Positions 46,530 to 58,464 of a DNA stretch of 64,000 nt are shown in pieces. A program made the position numbers and the translations under genes. Below the pieces are notes generated by a model that saw nothing but the letters and a program-made list of their open reading frames with translations, did not search any database and was not told the DNA's origin. How positions within the stretch are numbered: position 1 is the stretch's first letter; every line of letters starts with the position of its first letter. The stretch comes from Macrostomum lignano (lineage: Eukaryota). The DNA is taken from the NCBI GenBank assembly GCA_002269645.1, contig NIVC01001713.1:62001-126000 (forward strand), given 5' to 3'.

Positions 46530-46801
46530 CTGGAACACCAAATGTGCGGCGGTGTAATTTAGAATTGCCGCCGACGTTGAGTTCACATGAATTTAATCCG
46601 GATAATCGCGCAGACGAATCTCAACGAAATTTCTCCTGATACTCCGGCTGCCGGGGTCCTCAATTCCCAGGGGAGGGTAGTTTCGGTCGTAGACGAGCGA
46701 TCTTCGTTAGGCGCGAACGTCCAGAGCGGGTCCTTAGACACCGAAATTAATGTACCTCGAATGCTTGACTGATTACTTTCAGTAGAGTAGCGCTGCCACC
46801 A
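46530..46801 (-). repeat. Unclassified dispersed repeat, copy B (continues at 41782-41827 across two insertions)
   Basis: Reverse-strand homologue of 1548-1857. Contains cgctgccacca (46791-46801). Confidence 0.6.
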
Positions 46802-48370
46802 CCGTAGTTGATTTTGATTAGAGGTCGGTCGGGAGGGAAAGGAAAAAGGAGCAAAACAAAAAACAAAAAAACAAAAACCGAAAAAACTTAAGGGGGGAAC
46901 AGGCGCAAGGAGGGCGGGGTTAAATACCCGAAACACGGAGCAAAAGGTGGTCAAAGAAGACCAGGAATGGGACGGGGCGAGGACACCAAGGTCCAGAACA
47001 TGGCGAGAGAAAAATTCCGCAGAAAAGCACAGGAAGAACAAAAAGAACCAGAAAAAGAGCATACAAAAACCAGAAAATGTGGCGGTTAAACCCGCAGCTG
47101 AAAAAGGGGCTAAAATACTACGTCATAGCTTGCGCCAGCGGGTAGACAGGTAGAACCATAAATTGGAGCGCAGTAAATTAGAACGTCCATAGAATGTTAT
47201 TATAAAAAGATTCAAATTAACCGATCAAAGTGGTAGTGCCGACTACCACACAACCAACATGAAGTCGATGTATATATGAAATTTTAGCTTAAAATGCATC
47301 CAGTAAAACAAATACCCTTCATACGAGCCAGGCCATGCCAGTTGCACATATCTATTAGCAGGGATAGCTCTAGCATCGCGAAACAATTGTTGAAATCATG
47401 CAATGTTAGAAATCTAAAATATCTCTTAATGCGTATTTTATTTTATTTTTATTTACCAATTATTCATTATTCACCCAATATATGCCACTGCATGACCCGA
47501 GCAATGTTTGTGGCCAGTTACGAGCGTGCAATTGGGCGTGCAGTCGAATTTGTGACAGCGACCTGCAATATGTTAATCTGCCAAATTATTGCCTACATAG
47601 TCACAAGTCAGTAAAGATCGAAACAAGGACTTTATAGTCGTCGTTGCTTTATATGTGGTTGTCCTTGGATCGAAAACGAGTGGCGGATCGAGGACATAAG
47701 TATATACAAGTATGTTTTGTCTGCGTTTGCTGGGTTCGCTCTATCAGCAGTCCAAAATGTGCTGTCTTGTCCGATCCGAAGTGCGAAAAAGTTGGACATT
47801 AAATCCATACACGCCCCATGATCATTTTTGCGCCGCGATACCGGTGAGTTGTACATGCATGTACTGCCATTGCTGGTGCTCGTGCGGATCGAGCTTGATG
47901 CATGCATGCGGCCCTTAACTGTACCATATCGAGGACAGGTGCGCACTGAGAGCTTCGTCGACTGCCTGCTGGCTGACATTGTCGCGCCCAGGTACGCATA
48001 GCGGCCTAATTAGGATTGCGCCAGGGCACTGAGAGGGCCGTCTTCAATTAATTGTGATTGTCTCCAGTTATAACATGTAGTGATTTAGATGTACATCATA
48101 TAGTTGCCGAACTGAATCCAGAGTCCTACTCAATACATGTAAATATACATGTAGCTCTGAACATGACCTCTTAACTCATCTTTTGAACAAAAAAATAGCC
48201 ACGGAATACAATAAGTAAAGCTGGTAGGGTAACAATTAACTGATATTTTCCATAGAGTGCTTAATTGTATAAACTCCCTAAAATTTAATTTAGACCATGG
48301 GTAACTAAACTTATTTAGACTTTGATTCCCACGATCAAGCCGATTCTAATATCGAATTATCAACGCAAAA

Positions 48371-51300
48371 ATGGATTTGACAGAATTTACCGACGAAATC
48401 AACAGCATCCTAGCGGAGCCCCAGTCCCTAACAGTGCGCCAGGGCATGCAGTTTGCCAGCAGGCTGCACAACTTGCTGCTGCCGCGCCCAGCCGCTCATC
48501 ACAAAGTCGCTCCTCTGTGGAGCGGCGCCGACTCAAACGACTCATCAGTGCCAGCCGACGCTCAGAGCCCGCAGCTTCAATTCATGAAGCAGTTTGAGCG
48601 CGTGCTCAAGCTAGGCATCGACGAAATGCGCAGAAGACTCCTGGACGCAATGAGCTGCAGTGCAAAGCAGCTGGACTCCGCATTGTCTAATGAGACCGCT
48701 GCTCAATGTTGGCAGCTGCTGATTGAGCACTTTCTGGAGCCTATGAATCGGTTGAATACGTTTTCTCGGGTAATTAAAGCCTGCCTGAGTCCCATGAGAC
48801 AGTGGCTGAGCGACAGCGTGCTGATCGGGCACCGCAGCCTCTGTCTTGCCGATTTAATTCGCCAAGTCTGCTTGGAAAATTTTCTCAAGCACGTAGCCAG
48901 GCAGGTGGCTGTTTCCATTTTCCACGAGATTCACGCCGCGGGCCGCAGTTGGGAGACCAGCGAACTGCAGCCGGTGCACCAGTTCGTGAGCCTGCTGCAA
49001 GAGTACGAAAGATTCCAGATGTACCTGGCCACCGATGGGCATCGAATCTGCCCGTACGATCGGTGGCAGGGCTGCAGCTCTACCGAGGATGCAGACGCCG
49101 CCGCCGACTCTCCTGAGCAGTTCACCGTGGCCAGAGTGCTGGTCAAGCCGTACCTGCACTGCCTGGAGCAGTTCTACCAGCCAAAGCTGCACCCGTTCGA
49201 CTCCAACTTGGTTGCCCGCAGCGTCAGCGACTGGCTGATGACTGAGGAGCTGCTAGCCGTCAGCTTCAACGTTCACGGCTTCCGCGATGCTGTAGTCAGC
49301 TGCCTGCTGCAGGAGACGGTGAAGGCGCACCTGGCTGAGCTTGGCGAGACGGTGAAGCAGCTGCTGATTGACAGCGACAGTCACGGGCTCAGCTTGTTCT
49401 TCAGCGTCATGATCATGGTTGACGGCGGGCAGGAGCACCTTCTGGAGGTCATCAGGCGATTCGTTAAAGACAAAATGCTCCAAGTTTTTGACGGAATTAG
49501 AGAGGAATTCAGATCGTTGGATCCTAATTCGGCTAAGGTGCGCTCAAATCCATTGTTGAGTTGCCGCTTTGACTTTTGAGATTCTGTTGAGATTGGTGTG
49601 ATACTAACGATTCTCAGGTATCGGGTGGGATTCTCAGGTAGATTTTTAGGGAGAGATTCTCAGGTAGACATCTGTGATGAGATTCTCAGGTAGATATTTT
49701 GAGGTGAGATTCTCGGGTAGATTTTGGGTAGAGATTCTCAGGTAGATATTTGAGATGAGACCCTCAGGTAGATATTTAGGGTGAGATTTCAGGTTTAGTT
49801 ATATAGATTCTCAGGTAGATATTAAGGTGAGATTCTCATGCAGATATTTGGGGTGAGATTCTCAGGTAGATATTTGGGTTGAGATTCTCAGGTAGATATT
49901 TGAGATGAGATTTCTCGCGAAAGTTCTCTGTAATGACCTCATTGCGCTGTCTCACTCGCCCTTCTCAACTCAGGCCACCTCAATGTACATCGAGGCCTGC
50001 GTCTCGCAGCTGCGCCACTGCAAATCGATCATCGAGGCGACCATCGAGCTGCAGCAGCCGTCTCTCAGCAGGAGTCTCCTGTTGGGCACGGTGAGACTGA
50101 GAGCCGCGCGTGACTGCCAGATGATTGAGCAGAGCGCTTGGCGGACCTCTAAACTTTGAACTTGGCGGAATAAATCAAAATTGCAATCAAGTTTAGTTCC
50201 GATGAGATGAAATGAAATGCGTTGAGCTAAAAAACGAGACGAGATAAGATAACAATGAAAAAAGATAAGATCACACTTAGGATAAAACGAGGCCAACTCC
50301 TCCGATGGAGGAGAAAGGGGAAACTCCCATCACCGGAATTCCATTCCCTGAAATCCATCAGCTGAATCCCATTATCCAAATAAGCTCCGCGAAACTGAAC
50401 ACCATCAAGAACCTCTCCGTAAAACAGACATTCATCAAAATCCTCTCCGCGAAACAGAAATCCTCTCCGCGAAACAGAAATCCTCTCCGCGAAACAGAAA
50501 TCCTCTCCGCGAAACAGAAATCCTCTCCGCGAAACAGAAATCCTCTCCGCGAAACAGAAATCCTCTCCGCGAAACAGAAATCCTCTCCGCGAAACAGAAA
50601 TCCTCTCCGCGAAACAGAAATCCTCTCCGCGAAACTGAAAACCATCGAAATTCTCTCCGTGAAACTGGACTGAATCGAAATTTTCTCCGTCAAAAAAACT
50701 CAGGATTCAGTGGTTAGGGTTAGAGCTGCACAGAGCTGCCTACCCTTTAAAAGGCGCCGATAAGTAAAAATTGAACCAATTGAATTGACTGCGCAATTTA
50801 TTTCTCAGTCAGTGAGTATCACTCTCAGTTAAAGTTAACAAAATGATTGCGCAATTTAAATCAACCATCCAATACACAGTGACCGACCCCCTCCAATACA
50901 CAGCGGCAAGTAAAATAGGATAAAATGACGCGACCCCCCAGGACCAAAAGCCTGGGGGACTGCGCCACGGGAGATAAGAGTGAGATAAGAAAATAAAATA
51001 AAATACGATAATAGATAAGGCAAAGATAATTGGCTGAGATGAGCCAAGAAAGAAAAATCGAAATATTGAAACCTAGTCCTAAAAATGCTCTAAAGAAGCC
51101 AACTGTATTTCAATATTCCCCCTCGCAGGTCCGAGCCGGCATCGCGGACGTGTTGAACTCTGGCGGCGTCGGCCCGCTCTCGTCGGTGGGCAGCGGCTAC
51201 CCGGCGGCGGCGCTGGCGCACCATTTCCACAGGCAGATGCGCGCCGTGCGAGCGCTGGACGCCGCGACAGTGGAGGCGCTGGGAGACTTGGTGCGCCTGC

Positions 51301-54300
51301 TGGGCCAGTCTGGGTGCTCGGTTAGGTGCGGGGTTTCCGCTAGTGTGGGATTCCGCTGGTGCGGGGTTTCCGCTAGTGTGGGATTCCGCTGGTGTGGGGT
51401 TTCCGCTAGTGTGGGATTCCGCTGGTGTGGGGTTTCCGCTAGTGCGGGATTCCGCTGGTGTGGGGTTTCCGCTAGTGTGGGATTCCGCTGTTGTGGGGTT
51501 TCCGCTATTGTGGGATTCCGCTGGTGCGGGGTTTCCGCTAGTGTGGGATTCCGCTGGTGCGGGGTTTCCGCTATTGTGGGATTCCGCTGGTGCGGGGTTT
51601 CCGCTAGTGTGGGATTCCGCTGGTATGGGAGTCTGCGAGTGTGGTGTTTCAGCTGGGGTGGGGTTTCATTTTTTCTGTGTGGGTGCAGGATGTGTGGGTT
51701 TGTCGTTTGTGTAAGTTTAGAATTTCTCTTCGTTTTGGGTGTTGCTAAATAAAGTGACAGGCACAGGTGCAACCCTTGCGTGATCAGATGACGCTCTACA
51801 GCCTGCTAGAGGACAAGGAATCGTTCATGCTGCGCTATCACTCGCTTCTGCGCGAGCGCCTGCTCTCGGAGGCCTCCGAACAGCTGAGCCTCGAGGCGGA
51901 GACCTTCGCCCTCGACAGCTTCACCCAGTTGAGCGGCTGGAAGGCTCTCTACGAGGTGAAAAGTGTGCTGAAAGATTTCCGCGAATCAGAGAGTTTCAAT
52001 GCGGAGCTGCGCGAACGGACGGATTATCGAGACCTGCAGCGGCGGCTGTTCGGCGGCCAGGTGCCCGTCCGGTTCACCTTCGCCCGCGGCTACTTCTGGC
52101 GGATCTCCACCGAGTCTGCGCGCCTGCCGCGCCAGGTGACCAGCTGGGGCTGGGATGGAGGGAGATGGGAGAGGAAGCGAAGGAGATATAGAGAGAGAGG
52201 GAGGGGGAGAGAGAGGGGGAGAGAGTGAAGAGAGAAGAGAGTGAGAGGGGAGAGAGTGAGAGGAGTAGAATGAGAGGGGGAGAGTGAGGGGAGAGGGTCA
52301 GAGGGAAGAGAGTCAGAGGGGAGAGAGTGAGAGGAGGAGAATGAGGGGAGAGAAAGTCAGGGGGGAGAGAGTGAGAGGGGAGAGAATGAGAGGCGAGAGA
52401 GAGTGAGAGGGGAGAGAGTGAGAGGCGAGAGATAGTGAGAGGGGAGATAGTGAGAGGGAAGAGAGAGCGGGAGGGGAAATAGTGAAAGGGGAGAGAGTGA
52501 GAGGGAAGAGAGAGCGGGAGGGGAGATAGTGAAAGGGGAGAGAGTGAGAGGGGAGAGAGAGCGGGAGGGGAGATAGTGAAAGGGGAGAGAGTGAGAGGGA
52601 GAGAGTGAGAGGGGAGAAAGTGAGGGGGGAGAGAGGGAGAAGGGAGAGAGTCAGAGGGGAGAGAGTGAGCGAGAGGGGGAGTGTGGGGAAGATCCCTGCC
52701 AAATCCATCATAACTTCTATGTGAGTTAGGCGTTTTCATGCAGCAGCACTATAAAATTCAAAAAGATTTTGGAGTCCTTTAAGGCCTATCTATAGCTGTT
52801 TGCTAATGTGATTTATAAGCCTTTAAATGCATAGAACCTGCGGAAACTAGGCCAGGCCTGTGTCGATAACCGATATGTATCGAAATTAATTTTGACGATG
52901 GTGAGTGAAATGCAGAAGCAAGACTTGCACGCAAGGATAGCAACCAAAGATCCGCATCCCCTGCAGCTGGCTCCCGTAGCCGAAGCGGCTGTCCGAGAGT
53001 ACGAGTCGCGGCACAGCGGGCGCAGGGTGAGCCTGGTGCACTCGTTCGGCTCCGGCCTGCTGGCATTCTGGCCGCGCCAACGCGCCGCACCGATTCACCT
53101 GCGCTGCTCTGCCGCGGTGCTGCTGCTGCTGCTGCACTGCGACGAAGCTGAATCGGACCGGGGCGTGACGGAGACCCAGCTGCAGCTGAGCACCGGGATG
53201 AAGCAGACGGAGCTGGCGTTCTACCTGCACCATCTGAGCCGCGCCGGGGTGCTGCTCGAAAATTCTGACAGCAGCGAAGTGCAGCAGTCTGAGATCGAGG
53301 ACGAGGACCGTGGCGGTGGAGGTCGGAGACGGTCTCGTTGTTACGCTGTTAATGACGGCTTTGACAGGTGAGCGGAGTTGAAGCTTAGTCGGTCGGTTCC
53401 AAATATTCGTTTGGGGCTGGATGCGTGAACGAAAATTGACCGGATGGGTTGTCGTGCGCTTCACAGCCGTGACGGCCAGCCCCCAAGCCACACAGAGTGT
53501 ACATGTCTGACGATTAGAAAGTCAGGGGCCGTTGTACACCCTGCGTGAGCGTGTGCATGAGCCCGTGCCTGCGTACAGTATTGACACGCTTGCATGTGTT
53601 CGGGAGTCAGCGGACTGGTTGTGGGGGAGCTGCAGGGAGTGGTGTACAGTTGATCCCACCCGCTCCGCAGTGACGCAAAGCAGGTGAACCTGATGATCCT
53701 GCAGCAGCAGCAGGCCCAGAAGCAGCGCAGACGCCTTGAGAAGCTGGACCAACGGATGAAAGAGAAGAAAGTCCAGTGCGCCATCGTGACAGTGATGAAG
53801 CAGCGGCGTCAGCTGACTAAAAAAGATCTTTTCCAATTAGTGCAGGAACAGCTGCAGCAGTTCACACTGCAGACTGCCTTTTTTGCGGTGAGTTGCTGGG
53901 GTCCTTAATCCAAAAAGCTTGAATCTGTGTGGCATTTATCCAATTTAACCTTATATAGCTGCTTTTGTTTAAGATCTTTGTTCTAAATTTAATGGTCTTT
54001 GTGGGGCCTAGTCAATCCAATTTACATATAGATCTGTGTGCAGCCAAGTCAATCCAATTCAGGTCTTTGTGCAGCCTAGTCAATCCAATTCAGGTCTTTG
54101 TGCAGCCAAGTTAATCCAACTCAGGTCTTTGTTCAGTCTAGTCAATCCAATTCAGGTCTTTGTGCAGCCTAGTCAATCCAATCCAGGTCTTTGTGCAGCC
54201 AAATTAATCCAACTCAGGTCTTTGTTCAGTCTAGTCAATCCAATCCAGGTCTTTGTGCAGCCAAATTAATCCAACTCAGGTCTTTGTTCAGTCTAGTCAA

Positions 54301-54786
54301 TCCAATTCAGGTCTTGTGCAGCCTATAAATCAATCCAATTCAGGTCTTGTGCAGCCTAGTCAATCCAATTCAGGTCTTGTGCAGCCTAAGTCAATCCAAT
54401 TCAGGTCTTTGTACAGCCTAGTCAATCCAATTCAGGTCTTTGTACAGCCTAGTCAATCCAATTCAGGTCTTGTGCAGCCTAAGTCAATCCAATTCAGGTC
54501 TTTGTACAGCCTAGTCAATCCAATTCAGGTCTTGTGCAGCCTAGTCAATCCAATTCAGGTCTTTGTACAGCCTAGTCAATCCAATCCAATGTGCGTCGTT
54601 AGTGCAATTAGTGTTAATTATTTCGATGCTACAACATAAACAACGGTACACAAATTCCTAATCAATACACCCCACACCTCGCAGGACCAGCTCGCCTATC
54701 TGGTTGCCGGGGGCTACGTGAAATTCGCCGAAGACGATGCCGCCGAAAAGACTGACGACAGCAGCATCATCGAGTACATTCCGTAA
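48371..54786 (+). CDS. Highly divergent full-length cullin (7 exons, ~854 aa), possibly CUL1/CUL2-derived
   Basis: Exons 48371-49537, 49974-50090, 51129-51320, 51767(or 51761)-52135, 52967-53367, 53671-53887, 54685-54786 with consistent phases; total 2565 nt. Cullin-homology motifs LEDKESFMLRYHSLLRERLL, KDFRESESFN, RGYFW, YESRHSGRR. Neddylation domain VQCAIVTVMKQRR. C-terminus LVAGGYV...IEYIP*. Confidence 0.85.
49600..49920. repeat. Degenerate ~25-bp intronic repeat (cullin intron 1)
   Basis: Recurrent gagattctcaggtagatatt. Confidence 0.9.
50436..50640. repeat. 20-bp intronic minisatellite (cullin intron 2)
   Basis: Unit aaacagaaatcctctccgcg. Confidence 0.95.
51326..51623. repeat. 33-bp intronic minisatellite (cullin intron 3; dimer of 16/17-bp subunits)
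   Basis: Unit gcggggtttccgctagtgtgggattccgctggt. Confidence 0.95.
52150..52690. repeat. GA-rich polypurine tract (cullin intron 4)
   Basis: Almost entirely purine (gagagtgagaggggag). Confidence 0.93.
54010..54590. repeat. ~31-bp intronic minisatellite (cullin intron 6)
   Basis: Unit gtcaatccaattcaggtctttgtgcagccta. Confidence 0.93.
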
Positions 54787-55009
54787 CAAGGCAGAGTGAG
54801 CAACTTGCATAGCTATCATTTATTTCAAAGTTTTCAAAAAACCGTAAGAAACCGTAAGAACATGGCTACTTTTTAAACGAGCGTACTTTATAGTTCTCTT
54901 AATTTCTAGAGCAATATACGCGATTAAACAGATTCTTCCTACACTTTTCGGAAGTAGTTCCGTACTTTATTTGAATAATAGAGATGATAATGCTAGCCAC
55001 AGCTTCAAG

Positions 55010-56290
55010 GTGATGGCAGATGATGCAACTGCTGATGATGACCAGGTGATTGCAGATGATGCAACTGCTGATGATGACTAGGTGATTTCAGATGATGCAA
55101 CTGCTGATAATGACAGGTGATTGCAGATGATGCAACTGCTGATAATGACCAGGTGATTGCAGATGATGCAACTGCTGATGATGACTAGGTGATTGCAGAT
55201 GATGCAACTGCTGATAATGACAGGTGATTGCAGATGATGCAACTGCTGATGATGACTAGGTGATTGCAGATGATGCAACTGCTGATGATGACTAGGTGAT
55301 TGCAGATGATGCAACTGCTGATAATGACAGGTGATTGCAGATGATGCAACTGCTGATAATGACCAGGTGATTGCAGATGATGTAACTGCTGATGACACCC
55401 ACAGCTTCAAGGTGATAGCAGATGATGCAACTGCTGATAATGACAGGTGATTGCAGATGATGCAACTGCTGATGACACCCACAGCTTCTAGGTGATTGCA
55501 GATGATGCAACTGCTGATAATGACAGGTGATTGCAGATGATGCAACTGCTGATGACACCCACAGCTTCTAGGTGATTGCAGATGATGCAACTGCTGATAA
55601 TGACAGGTGATTGCAGATGATGCAACTGCTGATGATGACTAGGTGATTGCAGATGATGCAACTGCTGATGATGACTAGGTGATTGCAGATGATGCAACTG
55701 CTGATAATGACAGGTGATTGCAGATGATGCAACTGCTGATGACGACTAGGTGATTGCAGATGATGCAACTGCTGATGATGACTAGGTGATTGCAGATGAT
55801 GCAACTGCTGATAATGACAGGTGATTGCAGATGATGCAACTGCTGATAATGACCAGGTGATTGCAGATGATGCAACTGCTGATGATGACTAGGTGATTGC
55901 AGATGATGCAACTGCTGATGATGACTAGGTGATTGCAGATGATGCAACTGCTGATAATGACAGGTGATTGCAGATGATGCAACTGCTGATAATGACCAGG
56001 TGATTGCAGATGATGTAACTGCTGATGACACCCACAGCTTCAAGGTGATAGCAGATGATGCAACTGCTGATGACACCCACAGCTTCAAGGTGATTGCAGA
56101 TGATGCAACTGCTGATGATGACAGGTGATTGCAGATGATGCAACTGCTGATGATGACAGGTGATTGCAGATTATGCAACTGCTGATGATGACAGGTGATT
56201 GCAGATGATGCAACTGCTGATGATGACAGGTGATTGCAGATTATGCAACTGCTGATAATGACCAGGTGATTGCAGATGATGCAACTGCTA
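55010..56290. repeat. 35-36-bp satellite between the convergent cullin and zinc-finger genes
   Basis: Unit aggtgattgcagatgatgcaactgctgatgatgact with acccacagcttc variants. Confidence 0.95.
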
Positions 56291-58464
56291 ATTATGGCAT
56301 CAGCTTCAAGTGATGGCTGGCGCAAGGCAATCAAGAGTTCCCCAAAGAAGCAAGTCGATAGAAAGGCCACCAATAACAAATATCTGCGTAGTTTTACAGG
56401 ATGCTGCCGAGAAAAACAAAAAAGTTATAACAGCAGAGAATGCTATATGCTAGATTTATATATTTATGAATATGAATATGTATGCTAGTTTGCGGTTCAT
56501 ATAACGTGGGAGAAGCTGTTTTCAAATTTAATTGCAAATTAGAATTAGTAATAGTGATGATGATGGTGATGAAGATGAGAGCAAAACTGTACCCAGTGTT
56601 ACGGGCCAACTTTGCATAGCTTTAGTGAAATATAATAACCACTCAGGTGCAACCGAAATTGATAATGTATAGAGCAGGTTAAATAAAAAAGTTAGAAGCA
56701 GAGGCCAAACAGGTGAGAGGGGCGCAAAAGATGGGAGATTAGCTAAGCTAGGCGACAGCTGGGATTATTTAGCCAGTTAAAAAAAGGCGATTAAAGACAG
56801 ACTAACTAGATTGCAATCATACTACTTATTAATTTCATTATCAGTAGTAGCAAGCGCAATATGGCTCGCGGTTACAACAATCAAGCGCGCACACCTATTT
56901 TTTATAATACTAAAAAGCGATTAATAAATAAAAAGTGCTGCATCATTGAGACAGGTGAGAACGGAACCAAAATGGCGGACTAATTGGAAATAAATTAGAC
57001 CAAGAGTACAGACAGACAACATACAAAGGCTTGCTTCTCAAAGATTGTAAGTCTGCATAATCGGCTATAGTTTTACTGCAAATTTTTATATAACGATAAT
57101 AATAATGATAATATATAGTTATAGTAATTATATTATTAAATAATAAAAGCTGCAGACACATGGGGGACTGCCACGATATCTATATCGCTGATTAACATTA
57201 TTATTAACAATTAAATTAACAAGCAAACGGTTAATATAATATATATGATATAATATATAAAACAGAATTATTTACACAGTTGCAGTGAGACACACAAAAA
57301 GGTGCAAAAACACGTGGAGAACGCGTCGAAGCGTTAAGTACGAGTTTTTACGCAAGTCAATATATAATGATGGAGAACCTTATGCACAGCTGAGTGAAAT
57401 TATAAATATATAAACATACTAAACTGGTCATTGCTCGCGAGGCAAAGTTGCAAAAACAGGCATGCATTTCATCGGCTGGGGAAGAGGCTAAAAAGGCCCT
57501 AGCTGGCGTTTGCTCTACAAAAACCGTTGAATAAATAAAATTAGGCGACAAAAAATTGTTCATACTACTACTACTATTAACGACAAGTAGTATAATAAAG
57601 GCAGGTGAATATACATGCAGTTTAGATTAGAAAAACACAATTAAAACCGATATCGCATATTTTTACATGTACTAAAAATGTTTATACAAAATAAATTAGT
57701 AAAACGCGACGGCTGTGCAAAGACGCGCAAGTGGCTACTGACAGTAATATCGAGTACAAAAAAGCCTTAGTAGTACAGGTGAGCTAGTTCCAGACTTTCT
57801 TTTTTTTATAAAAAGCTGCATTGATCCCCAAAACGCTCAATCAGGGATTTTACAGGGGCCGCGATTTAAAACTAATCAATTTGCAATTCTGCATGCGCTT
57901 AAAAAGTTTTTTCTTACATAAAAAACGTACACTTGAATCCAGAAATTGATACATGCGATTTCAAAGCAATTTATATGTGTATAAACAGGATAAACACACA
58001 GATAGAGGGGGGGGGTTCATCACAAAGGATTATCATAAACGGGAGGCCAATAGAGATGACTGAGCTACAGAATAAAATTAATTAATAATTAAGCAGCATT
58101 AGAAGCTATATAAAGGCGAGAGGACATAGAGAAAAATACTACTGAGTTTAGCTAGGCAGCAGTAGTATCGCTAGTGACACGCAAACACACAAAATCATAT
58201 ATGCTGGACTCCAAAGCATAAATACTGGATATGATAATTATCATAACATCCGCGTGACAATAATCACTCTCAGCTGCATTAATTGGAACTCTCGGGCCAG
58301 TTGATAAACCTTTTTTGAGCTTTTTTTCCTACCTGCAGATTTATCAGGTTCGGGCGCTCTCTATCCGATATCACGTGACCAGCTGACACTTCTCAAGATC
58401 ACGTGACTTAATTACGCAACAGCTGAAGTTTCATAAAGTTGAATTACCTTGTCTGTACACTGCA

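Noticed and set aside
47230-47249. Perfect hairpin gtggtagt-gccg-actaccac as a Helitron 3' end or terminator
   Set aside because: No CTRR end at the expected distance on either strand and no U-tract.
47632-48000. Cys/His-rich short ORFs upstream of the cullin
   Set aside because: No frame gives a coherent domain and there are stops in all frames. Possibly a TE relic, but not supportable.
32281-54786. Clustering of SENP6/7, a TE-borne Ulp1 and a cullin as a ubiquitin-like pathway 'operon'
   Set aside because: The Ulp1 fragment is inside a TSD-bounded transposon and does not resemble the neighbouring SENP. The host genes are on opposite strands ~14 kb apart. No evidence beyond coincidence.
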